Position numbers and translations under genes: made by a program. A stretch of 64,000 nt of DNA from Candidatus Brachybacterium merdavium (GTDB lineage Bacteria > Actinomycetota > Actinomycetes > Actinomycetales > Dermabacteraceae), in assembly GCA_019118275.1 (NCBI GenBank), contig DWZH01000008.1:9908-73907 (forward strand), written 5' to 3'. Of the stretch, positions 46,823-55,332 are shown piece after piece. Every line of letters starts with the position of its first letter. Positions within the stretch are counted from its first letter, which is position 1. The notes under the pieces were generated by a model. It saw only the letters and a program-made list of their open reading frames with translations, had not been told where the DNA came from and ran no database searches.

Positions 46823-48088
46823 ATGACGGCAACCCCTCTACGACGACGGACCGTGCTGGCAGGAGCGGGGCTCTCCGCCCTCGCGGTGGCGTCGGGGTGT
46901 GGCGGCGAGCAGGCGGGATCGGGCAGAGAGATCGAATTGTGGCTGCCCGGTCCGCAAGGCACCGTCGGCATCCAGCACGAGCTGGAGTTCTACCAGAACC
47001 TGTTGGAGCCCTTCATGGAGGAGCACGGGATCCAGGTCGCCCTCAGCCTGACCCCCTGGGAGAGCTACGAGGAGAAGTACCTGACGGGCGTCTCCAGCGG
47101 CACGGGGCCCGACGTCGGCTACATGTACACCGAGATGATGGGGGACTACGTCCAGGCAGAGGCGATCGTTCCCGTCGATGAGTACCTATCCCCCAGTGCC
47201 CGTGAACGCATGCTCTACCTGGACGAGGGCACGTTCGACGGGCACCAGTACGGCGTGCCCTACGTGGTCGGCAATGCACGCGGCATCTGGGCCAACACAG
47301 CGTTGCTCGACCGGGCTGGTATTGATGACCTGCCCGCCACGTGGGAGGAGTTCACGGACGCGGCGGCGAAGGTCCAGCGCGATCTGGATGTCGCGGGCGT
47401 GGTGATGGCCTGGGGGAACCAGGCCCGCGGAATGATGAACGAGTCCTTCTTCCCCTTCCTCTGGCAGGCGGGTGGCGAGATCTTCACCGAGGATGGGTCG
47501 AGCACCGCCTTCAACAGTCCGGCCGGGGCCGAGGCCGCGATCTTTCTGCGTGAGCTGCTCGATGTCGGCGCCATGCCCGGATACAGCTCGGGGCTCGACG
47601 GCGACGACACCGAGGCGATGTTCCTCGAGGGTCGAGCTGCTTTCGCCCCCGGTGCCACCGGTCAACTGGGGTTGTTCGGTGAGGAGCTCGCCGAGTTCGA
47701 GTTCATCGACTCGCTCGCCCGGGAGACCCGGGCGACGTTCGTGGCCAACGATGCCCTCATCCTCACCGAGAAGTGCCCGGACAAGGAGCTCGGCACGGCC
47801 CTGATCGAGTTCCTGACCGCCGGTGAGAACATGGAGCGCTTCCATACCGAGGTCAGGGCCTCGCCGCCCATCGCCACGGATGAGGAGCCCGATCCCGATG
47901 ACCCTTTCAAGGACACCTATGCGGAGACGGACATGCTTCGTGGCCTTCCGATCATGCCGCAGGGCAACGCCACCTATAACGCGCTGTACGAGAACCTCCA
48001 GCAACTGGTCATGGGCCGCAAGACCCCTGAGCAGGCGCTGTCGCACGCCGCGGCCGCCGGTGACGCGGCACTGGCAGCAGGAGCGTGA
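46823..48088 (+). CDS. ABC transporter sugar-binding lipoprotein (SBP family 1)
   Basis: The ATG lies 7 nt after GAGGAG. It has a Tat-type lipoprotein leader (LRRRTVLAGAGLSALAVASGCGG). The upstream 676 codons of the listed 1097-aa ORF are antisense to the DUF4091 gene. Confidence 0.85.
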   Translation: MTATPLRRRTVLAGAGLSALAVASGCGGEQAGSGREIELWLPGPQGTVGIQHELEFYQNLLEPFMEEHGIQVALSLTPWESYEEKYLTGVSSGTGPDVGYMYTEMMGDYVQAEAIVPVDEYLSPSARERMLYLDEGTFDGHQYGVPYVVGNARGIWANTALLDRAGIDDLPATWEEFTDAAAKVQRDLDVAGVVMAWGNQARGMMNESFFPFLWQAGGEIFTEDGSSTAFNSPAGAEAAIFLRELLDVGAMPGYSSGLDGDDTEAMFLEGRAAFAPGATGQLGLFGEELAEFEFIDSLARETRATFVANDALILTEKCPDKELGTALIEFLTAGENMERFHTEVRASPPIATDEEPDPDDPFKDTYAETDMLRGLPIMPQGNATYNALYENLQQLVMGRKTPEQALSHAAAAGDAALAAGA

Positions 48089-48091
48089 GCG

Positions 48092-49018
48092 ATGACGTCC
48101 GAAACCCTTGCACCGGCCCCGGCCGCGTCGACCACGTCGGCTCCTCACCCCACCGGCCGTCGCCGGCGCACCTTCGCCGGCGTGAAATACGTGCTGCCGA
48201 GCTTCGCGATCCTGCTGGTCGTCATGATCATCCCGATCCTGGCGTCCCTGTACTACAGCTTCACCGCATACTCCGTGCTCGGATCGCCCACGTGGATCGG
48301 CGCGGACAACTACCTCCTGTTGTTCCAGGATCCGTCCTTCATCGACGCACTGGTCGTCACGGCGATCTATACCCTTGGCGCAGTCCCACTGCAGACGATC
48401 CTGTCCCTCGTCATCGCTGAAGCCGTCGTGCGGCGTTTCCGCAATCTCTTCGGCCGCATCGTCCGCTCCATGCTGTTCATCCCCGTCGTCTCCTCGCTCG
48501 TGGTCGCCGCCGTCGTGTGGCGTGCGGTGCTTGGCACGGACCGGGGGCTGGTCAACAACCTCCTGGAATTCCTCGGGGCCTCCGGCGTCAACTTCCTCGG
48601 TGACCCGAACCTGGCCCTGGTGGCGATCATCCTGGTGACGGTGTGGAAGAACATCGGCTACTTCCTGGTCATCTACTACGCGGGCATACAGGCGATCCCC
48701 GCGGAGCTGTACGAGGCCTCAGCCGTTGACGGCGCCTCGCGCATTCAGCAGCTGTTCGGGATCACCATTCCCTCGCTGCGGCCGATCACGCTGCTGGTGA
48801 TCATCCTGGGGACGATCTGGTCCTTCCAGGTGTTCGACCTGGTCTACGTGATGACCGGAGGTGGCCCCGGAGGCGCCACCTCCACCATCGTGATGCGCCT
48901 CTACCAGGCCGGTTTCGAGAACTTCCAGATGGGCTATGCCAGCGCCATGGCGATGATCCTGTTCCTCATCGTGGCAGCCGTCGCGATCATCCAGAGGAAG
49001 GTGCTCTCCGATGACTGA
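48092..49018 (+). CDS. carbohydrate ABC transporter permease
   Basis: EAA loop LYEASAVDGASRIQQLFGITIPSLRP and six TM segments. It starts 4 nt after the SBP stop. Confidence 0.9.
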   Translation: MTSETLAPAPAASTTSAPHPTGRRRRTFAGVKYVLPSFAILLVVMIIPILASLYYSFTAYSVLGSPTWIGADNYLLLFQDPSFIDALVVTAIYTLGAVPLQTILSLVIAEAVVRRFRNLFGRIVRSMLFIPVVSSLVVAAVVWRAVLGTDRGLVNNLLEFLGASGVNFLGDPNLALVAIILVTVWKNIGYFLVIYYAGIQAIPAELYEASAVDGASRIQQLFGITIPSLRPITLLVIILGTIWSFQVFDLVYVMTGGGPGGATSTIVMRLYQAGFENFQMGYASAMAMILFLIVAAVAIIQRKVLSDD

Positions 49019-49895
49019 GCTGACCACGCCCCACCGATCGCGCGCCTCGAACTCGCCTCCCGCCGATGGCCACAGGACCGGGATCAAACGCTCCCGAACC
49101 GGGAACGCGGTCTGGGCGATCCTGCTGAGCGGTCTGGTGCTGCTGGCCCTGCTGCCGTTCGTGTTCATGGCCGTCACCTCGGTCCAGGAGACCGCGAGGA
49201 TGACCGCACTTCTCAACCCTGCCGACTTCTCCCTGGACAACTATGTGCGCCTGTTCGGTGAGAACCGTTTCGCCAGGGCCCTGCTGAACAGCTCCATCGT
49301 GGTGGTGATCGGGTGCGCGCTGAACATCGTGGTGTGCTCGATGGCCGCCTTCGCCTTCGAGAAGAAGACGTTCCCCGGCTCGGAGGTGGTCTTCTGGATC
49401 TACGTGGCCACGATGATGGTCCCAGGGCAGGTCACGCTGATCCCGCTGTACGGCATCATGCGCGATCTGGGATTGCTCAATACTCACATCGCGCTCGCCC
49501 TCCCGGTGGTCAATGCTTTCGGGGTGTTCCTGATCCGTCAGTTCATGAAGGGCATCCCGGACGATCTGCTCGACGCCGCTCGGATCGATGGCGCCTCCGA
49601 CTTCCGGATCTTCGTGCGGATCATCCTCCCGCTGGTGAAGCCGGTGATCATCGCGCTCACCGTGTTCACGTTCCTGACCACCTGGAACGACTTCCTGTGG
49701 CCGCTGGTCTCGATCACGGAGGCAGAGATGGAGACCGTCACGCTGGCGGCGGCGAACCTCCAGGGGCGATTCACCACCGACTACGGCCTGGTGATGGCCG
49801 GGGCGACCGTGACCTTCCTGGTGCCTTTGATCCTGTACGTCGTCCTCCAGAAGCAGTTCGTCGAAGGCGTCGTCTCCTCCGGTGTGAAGGGCTGA
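49011..49895 (+). CDS. carbohydrate ABC transporter permease
   Basis: EAA loop LLDAARIDGASDFRIFVRIILPLVKP. It overlaps the preceding permease by 8 nt. Confidence 0.9.
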   Translation: MTELTTPHRSRASNSPPADGHRTGIKRSRTGNAVWAILLSGLVLLALLPFVFMAVTSVQETARMTALLNPADFSLDNYVRLFGENRFARALLNSSIVVVIGCALNIVVCSMAAFAFEKKTFPGSEVVFWIYVATMMVPGQVTLIPLYGIMRDLGLLNTHIALALPVVNAFGVFLIRQFMKGIPDDLLDAARIDGASDFRIFVRIILPLVKPVIIALTVFTFLTTWNDFLWPLVSITEAEMETVTLAAANLQGRFTTDYGLVMAGATVTFLVPLILYVVLQKQFVEGVVSSGVKG

Positions 49896-50396
49896 CGGCC
49901 CGTCCGACGCGGCACTGATGACACCAGCAGAGCACGCCACCCGGGAAAGCTCTGACCTCAGTTGCCATCAGGCTGCACCACCCACCTGCCGTGGTGTTGA
50001 GCGCTCTTCTTCGCGCCCGGAATAATCCGTTGCGCCGCTCACCCGCCCGGTCCTACGGTGGAGGCACACAGGAAGGGAGGTGGTCCAAAGAATGAATTCG
50101 TCTTGGACTTGTGAGGTGGCTCGCCGCTGAGGCGACCCTCGACCTGACCCGCCATCGGCGGACCATCAGATCGACGGACGTGCAGCGAATCCCACCGAGC
50201 TGCCCGGACCCGCAGGGGTCGGACCTCGTCCATCCGACCGGCGCCCAGCGCAACCTGCGGGTCTGCCCCTGCCCGATTCCGGGACGAGCCCGCGCCGTCG
50301 CCGGCCTGTCGATGGGGAGTACTGCCCATCGACCCCGCCGTCGGCCCCCTCTACGGTCGGGAAGCGCGATCCGACGGACCGAAGGGGCACACGGCG

Positions 50397-51251
50397 ATGC
50401 GTTCGACCGAGCTCGATGAGCACCCACGACTCACCACCCTGGCCGGGGCCGACCGCCTCGTGCGCCTCGGTGTCGAGACCTACGATTGGATGCGGGAGAG
50501 CGCCCTCGGGCGTGCCACGACCCCGCCCCCCGCGACCGCCGTCCAGCAGCTGCGCGACGCCGCGCTGCTCGATCCGCACAGCCCGGATCGTCCGCAGCTG
50601 GAGACCCACTGGCTGCAGCTGCTGCGCCGCGCCCTGAACTCCCCGGTCCGCCTCGACCTGGTCAGCATCGACGGGGCGCGCGCCTGGACCACCACCATCC
50701 ACGTCGCCGGCCAGATGCTGCTGGCCCTGGACCAGGTCCGCGAGGTCTTCCGCGACGACGGCGCTCTCGAGCTGGGCCGCCGCAGCTCCGCGCTGACCCT
50801 GGCCGTCGGTCGCGTCCAGCGTTTCAGCGAGTTCGTCATCGGACTGGTCCCCCAGCGGCCCGCCTTCGGCGCCGAGGCGTCGGGCCCGGCCCCCGAGGCC
50901 CTGATCGACGCGCCGGCTGTGGCGCAGGTCCAGATCATGGTCAGCTCGACCCCCGGCGCCGACGGGCGGGGCGTGCGGGAGCGCTCCTGGTACGCCCTGG
51001 GTGAGGAGGGCACGCAGCTCGCCGCGCTGGTGGGCGAGGACGACCAGCGCCGCCTCGATCCCGTCCCCACCGGCCGCTTCGCCGAGTTCCTGCGCGCCGA
51101 TCTGGTCGCCGCCATCCAGCAGGCCTCCGACGGCGCCGCTCGCCCCGACGCCTCCGGGGCTGACGCTGCCGGGCCCGACGCCGCCGGGTCCGACGCTGCC
51201 GGGTCCGACGCCGCGGGGCCTGACGCCTCGGGCGAGGAGGCCGCCCGATGA
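50397..51251 (+). CDS. hypothetical protein, translationally coupled to the WXG-lipase gene (candidate chaperone/immunity partner)
   Basis: 284 aa. The ATG lies ~10 nt after GAAGGGG, and the frame is closed upstream at 50145 with no earlier start codon. The stop overlaps the next start (ATGA at 51248-51251). The C-terminus has six DA(A/S)G(P/S/A/E) pentapeptide repeats. No family motif is recognisable by eye. Confidence 0.55.
   Translation: MRSTELDEHPRLTTLAGADRLVRLGVETYDWMRESALGRATTPPPATAVQQLRDAALLDPHSPDRPQLETHWLQLLRRALNSPVRLDLVSIDGARAWTTTIHVAGQMLLALDQVREVFRDDGALELGRRSSALTLAVGRVQRFSEFVIGLVPQRPAFGAEASGPAPEALIDAPAVAQVQIMVSSTPGADGRGVRERSWYALGEEGTQLAALVGEDDQRRLDPVPTGRFAEFLRADLVAAIQQASDGAARPDASGADAAGPDAAGSDAAGSDAAGPDASGEEAAR
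51147..51236 (+). repeat. six tandem 15-bp repeats (GACGCNGCCGGGNCC) encoding DA(A/S)G(A/P/S/E) pentapeptides
   Basis: Units start at 51147, 51162, 51177, 51192, 51207 and 51222, in frame, within the 3' end of the 50397-51251 CDS. Confidence 0.8.
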
Positions 51252-52648
51252 GCTTCTGGGGGATGGACACCGAGCAGGTGCTCAGCAGCGCCGACGCCGT
51301 CGAACTCGCCGCCGGCCGGCTGGAGGAGATCCTCGATCAGCTCCAGCAGGCGACCACCTCGGCCGCCTGGGAGGGAGCCGATGCCGATGCCTTCCGGGAC
51401 CGCTGGCAGCAGGTCCGCACCCGGGGCGAGGCGCTCGTGCTGCCCGAGCTGCGGGACCGCTCCCGGGTGCTGGCACAGCACGTCGAGGAACAGGACCGCG
51501 CCTCCGACGAGGCTGGCGGCGAGGGGTTCTGGGACGGGGTCAGCGACTTCTTCGGGGACCTTCGTGACGGTGCCGCGACACTGATCGACACGGTCGGGGA
51601 GGGAGTTCAGTGGCTGAGCGACCGGGTCGGAGAGGGCTTCGATGCCCTGGTCGGCACCGGCCAGGCCCGCTGGCAGGGGGTGACCGACTACGTCACCACT
51701 CTGGGCGGCAACATCGCCGAGGTCCTGAAGACTCCCTCCGGGATGGTCGAGAACCTGCTGTCCACCGGGCGGTTGCCCACGCTGACAGAGCTGGTCGTCG
51801 GAGGCATCGACCTCGGCCTGGATACTGTGAACATGCTGGGGCACGCCTTGACCGGGAACGACATCGGTCTGGCCGATGACGGCAACGGCTACGCCGATGC
51901 TCCCCAGCAGATCGTCCCGGGCCAGGACGGCGCGCCCGATCTGCGCGACCCCACCTCGGTGGCCGACATCGTGCACAACACCAATGCCAGCTACGGCGAC
52001 GCCGAGACCGGGGAGGTCGCGATGACCGTGGTGCGCGATGACAGCGGCGAGGTCACCGGTGTGGTCGCGAACGTCCCCGGCACGGAGCACTGGGGGCCCG
52101 TCGCCGGTGACAACCCGATGGACCTGACCGGGAACGCCGCCCAGGCCGGACCCGCCGGCCACTCGGCGGGCGCTGAGGCCACTGCCGATGCCATCGACCA
52201 GCTCTACCGCGAGCACGGCATCCCGCCGGACACACCGCTGATGATCTCCGGCCATTCGCAGGGAGGCATGATCGCCAGCTCCCTCGCGGCCGATCAGGAC
52301 TTCGCCTCCCGTTACAACCTTGCGAGCGTGATGTCCTACGGGTCCCCGGTCGACAACTACACCGTCAACCCCGACGTGGACTACCTGCACTTCCAGCACG
52401 AGGGGGACCCGGTCCCGATGATCGACGCCGGCGGCTACCCCTACTCGGACACCGACCATCCCAACGTGGAGACCGTCACCTTGCCCGGACCCCACGACGG
52501 GCTGAACTTCGACAACCATGGCAGCTCGGCGTACTACGACTCCATCGACGCGACCGGTGACGCCCACCGCAACGGCATGGAGCAGTTCCTGGTCGGTCCC
52601 GGCGGCAGCGCCGACCACTACACCTCGGGTGTCCACCGTGACAATTGA
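51248..52648 (+). CDS. WXG100-like N-terminal domain fused to an alpha/beta-hydrolase (lipase/esterase-like) domain; candidate T7SS polymorphic toxin
   Basis: The N-terminal ~90 aa are MSFWGMDTEQVLSSADAVELAAGRLEEILDQLQQATTSAAWEGADADAFRDRW..., two predicted helices with W41-E-G43 at the turn. The C-terminal ~230 aa carry the nucleophile elbow ISGHSQGGMIA (Ser337 codon at 52256-52258), GDPVP and downstream His candidates. No signal peptide. Confidence 0.65.
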   Translation: MSFWGMDTEQVLSSADAVELAAGRLEEILDQLQQATTSAAWEGADADAFRDRWQQVRTRGEALVLPELRDRSRVLAQHVEEQDRASDEAGGEGFWDGVSDFFGDLRDGAATLIDTVGEGVQWLSDRVGEGFDALVGTGQARWQGVTDYVTTLGGNIAEVLKTPSGMVENLLSTGRLPTLTELVVGGIDLGLDTVNMLGHALTGNDIGLADDGNGYADAPQQIVPGQDGAPDLRDPTSVADIVHNTNASYGDAETGEVAMTVVRDDSGEVTGVVANVPGTEHWGPVAGDNPMDLTGNAAQAGPAGHSAGAEATADAIDQLYREHGIPPDTPLMISGHSQGGMIASSLAADQDFASRYNLASVMSYGSPVDNYTVNPDVDYLHFQHEGDPVPMIDAGGYPYSDTDHPNVETVTLPGPHDGLNFDNHGSSAYYDSIDATGDAHRNGMEQFLVGPGGSADHYTSGVHRDN

Positions 52649-52699
52649 GGAATCACCGTCCTGCCAGGGGTCCCAGCGTTGGGGACGTAGCCTCGGAGC

Positions 52700-53359
52700 A
52701 TGACCATGCCGCCGCAGAATCCACCTGTCGCACTGATCTCCGAGACCATCGACGATGCTGCCGTCGTCCGCTCCCGCCCCACGGAGGACCCCGCCCCGAT
52801 GGTGCTGCTGCTGCACGGCCTGGGCAGCGACGAGCGCGACCTGGCCGGACTGGTCCCGCACCTGCCGCCGGACTTCTCCTACGTGTCCCTGCGCGGCATC
52901 CACCGCTACGTGCAGGGCTACGCCTGGTTGGACTCCACGATCGATCCCGCCCGCCCGGAGGCCCTGCAGACCTCGGCCGCCGCCGTCGAATCCTGGATCG
53001 ACGAGCAGCCCGCCCTGGTGGTCGGCGCGATCGGCTTCTCCCAGGGCGGGATGCTGGCCCTGCAGCTGCTGCGCCGCGATGCCCGCGCGCTGGACTGGGT
53101 CGTCCAGCTGTCCGGTGCGCCGTTCCCGGCTCCGATGCCGGGCGACGCCGCGCTCGCGCGCCGACGGCCCCGCGCACTGTGGGGCCACGGCGGGCTGGAC
53201 CCCCTCTTCGACGAGGAGCGCGAAGAACTGGTGCGCGAGTTCATGACCGCGCACACGCGCCTGGAGGAGGAACGACGGCCCGAGCTGGGACACGCCGTCG
53301 ATGAGATCGAGCTGCGCGCCGTCGCAGCCTTCCTGCAGCGCCGGGCCGACGAGGCCTGA
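52700..53359 (+). CDS. phospholipase/carboxylesterase family alpha/beta hydrolase
   Basis: VLLLHGLGSDERDL, nucleophile elbow GFSQGG, acid HGGLDPLF and His ELGHAV. 219 aa, typical of this family. Confidence 0.8.
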   Translation: MTMPPQNPPVALISETIDDAAVVRSRPTEDPAPMVLLLHGLGSDERDLAGLVPHLPPDFSYVSLRGIHRYVQGYAWLDSTIDPARPEALQTSAAAVESWIDEQPALVVGAIGFSQGGMLALQLLRRDARALDWVVQLSGAPFPAPMPGDAALARRRPRALWGHGGLDPLFDEEREELVREFMTAHTRLEEERRPELGHAVDEIELRAVAAFLQRRADEA

Positions 53360-53775
53360 GCCAGCCCGTCCTGCCCGCGTCGAGTTCTACCCCCACCGAG
53401 CTCTGCGAAGCTGCTGTTCAGCGCCCTCTTAGCAACAACTTTGCAGAACTCGATGCTGCATACATCGCGATCGCGGACGGGCCGTGCACGCGCTCCTGGT
53501 GGTCGGGATCTCAAGCCGGGCGCGGTCCGCGAGGGGAAGGGCCCGGACACGGCGCCTCTCTCCGATCCGGTCGGCTCCTGAGGGGCATCCGGACGTGACT
53601 CTCCCGATGCTCCCGCACCCAGCGTTCCGGCTGTAGCATTCCTTCATTCCCCGCCGAGAGACGGCGGTGATTATGAGGAGCACCAGGAGATCATGAGCGC
53701 CGCCAGCGACGCCCCTAGTGACAGTCCCGGGCCTTCGGGCCTGAGAACACGTGCACATCCCGGACGGGCGGGCCG

Positions 53776-55332
53776 ATGGATCTGATCGGCATCATCGTCT
53801 CCCTCGGCGTCAGCCTGCTGCTGATCGTCGCCTGCGGCGCCTTCGTCGCCGCTGAATTCTCCCTGATCACCACCAACCGCAACGACGTCGAAGCCGCGGT
53901 CGAGAGCGGGGACAAGCGGGCCAGGGGCGTCCTGCAGGGCATGAAGACCCTGTCCACGCAGCTGTCGGGCTCCCAGCTCGGCATCACCGTGACGAACCTG
54001 GGGATCGGCTTCCTGGCCGAACCGGCGATCGCCGCGATCATCGCCCCGCCCTTGATGGACGCGGGGCTGACCGCCGTCATGGCCCGCACCGTGTCGGTCG
54101 CGATCGCCCTGATCCTGGCCACCGGCATGACCATGATCTTCGGGGAGCTGGTCCCCAAGAACATGGCGATCGCCCAGCCGTTGCGCACCGCCAAGCTGGT
54201 GGTCGGCTTCCAGCGGGTCTTCACCACTGTGCTGAGGTTGCCCATCCGACTGTTCAACGGCAACGCCAACGCCGTGGTGCGGGCCCTGGGCGTCGAGCCC
54301 CAGGAGGAGCTGGGCTCGGCCCGCAGCGCCGATGAGCTGTATGTCCTGGTGCGCCGCTCGGCCGCCGAGGGGGCCATGGCCGCCGAGACCGCCCACCTGG
54401 TCCAGCGCACCCTGGCCTTCGGCGATCGCCGCGCCCACGACGCGATGGTCCCGCGCGGACGCATGGAGGTCCTCGAGAGCGGTGACAGCGTCGAGCAGCT
54501 GCTGGACACCTCCCGCACCACCGGGCACTCCCGCTTCCCCGTCCTGACCGACGACGGGGACGTCGCCGGCATCGCCCACATCCGCCACGGCCTGGCCGTG
54601 CCGTTCACCGAGCGGCCGGGAACCGCCGTGGACGCGGTGATGGGCACCGCCACCTTCGTGCCCGACACCGTCCCGCTGGACGACCTGATGGACACACTGC
54701 GCGCCGGCGGGCTCCAGATGGCCGTGGTGGTCGACGAGTTCGGCGACACCGCCGGGCTGATCACCCTGGAGGACCTGGTGGAGGAGATCGTCGGCGAGGT
54801 CCGCGACGAGCACGACGAGGAGACCGACGACGAGCCCGAGCCCGACGGGTCCTGGGACCTCGATGCCCGCCTGCGCCCCGATGAGGCCACGGAACGACTG
54901 GGCGTGACCGTTCCCGAGCACGAGGACTACGACACCCTGGGCGGGCTGGTCACGCTCGAGCTGGGCCGTCTGGCCGAGGTCGGCGACGAGATCGTGGTCG
55001 ACACCGACCCCGCTCCGGGCGAGGACCCGGCCCAGCTGCGCATCGAGGTCACCGAGGTCGACGGGCTGCGGATCGAGACCGTCCACGTGATGGTCGAGGC
55101 CGCAGCCTCGCAGGAGGATGCCGACAGCGGTGACCACAACGGCCATGACAGCCGTGCGGGCCGCGAAAGCAGCGAGCCCCGTGGCGACTCCCGGGAGGAG
55201 CCCCGCAGCGACGGCGAGGCGGCGGAGCCCGAGACATCCTGGGGCCAGCGCCGACCGCGGACCGAGCACGAGGTCGACCCCGATGACGGCGGGCTCAGCG
55301 CCCGCAGTCTGCGTCGGGAGGGTCGGCGATGA
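53776..55332 (+). CDS. DUF21-CBS-CorC_HlyC (CNNM/hemolysin-family) membrane protein with acidic C-terminal tail
   Basis: DUF21 N-terminus (VAAEFSLI, GELVPKNMA), a CBS pair, and a CorC_HlyC-like segment (WDLDARLRPDE...) followed by an ~80-aa disordered tail. The stop overlaps the next start (ATGA). Confidence 0.85.
   Translation: MDLIGIIVSLGVSLLLIVACGAFVAAEFSLITTNRNDVEAAVESGDKRARGVLQGMKTLSTQLSGSQLGITVTNLGIGFLAEPAIAAIIAPPLMDAGLTAVMARTVSVAIALILATGMTMIFGELVPKNMAIAQPLRTAKLVVGFQRVFTTVLRLPIRLFNGNANAVVRALGVEPQEELGSARSADELYVLVRRSAAEGAMAAETAHLVQRTLAFGDRRAHDAMVPRGRMEVLESGDSVEQLLDTSRTTGHSRFPVLTDDGDVAGIAHIRHGLAVPFTERPGTAVDAVMGTATFVPDTVPLDDLMDTLRAGGLQMAVVVDEFGDTAGLITLEDLVEEIVGEVRDEHDEETDDEPEPDGSWDLDARLRPDEATERLGVTVPEHEDYDTLGGLVTLELGRLAEVGDEIVVDTDPAPGEDPAQLRIEVTEVDGLRIETVHVMVEAAASQEDADSGDHNGHDSRAGRESSEPRGDSREEPRSDGEAAEPETSWGQRRPRTEHEVDPDDGGLSARSLRREGRR

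Noticed and set aside
50111-50419. 102-aa ORF as a small WXG100 (EsxA/B-like) partner
   Set aside because: It has no WXG motif or helical-hairpin pattern, is Arg/Pro-rich, has a GTG start without an SD, and overlaps the start of the 50397 gene.
50480-53293. 937-aa ORF on the - strand, the longest unexplained ORF in the track
   Set aside because: It runs antisense across three separate + strand genes, including two with clear alpha/beta-hydrolase motifs. Its composition is dominated by Arg/Gly/Val/Asp/His/Gln and it has no recognisable domain.
52700-53359. Downstream alpha/beta hydrolase as the immunity protein of the WXG-lipase
   Set aside because: It has an intact Ser-Asp-His esterase layout typical of a housekeeping phospholipase/carboxylesterase family, and a separate start 52 nt away without coupling. 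The upstream overlapping gene is the better partner candidate.
49896-53359. Mobile element or genomic-island boundaries around the toxin-like module
   Set aside because: No integrase, transposase, tRNA or flanking direct repeats are visible in the window. Island status can only be judged by comparison with related genomes.
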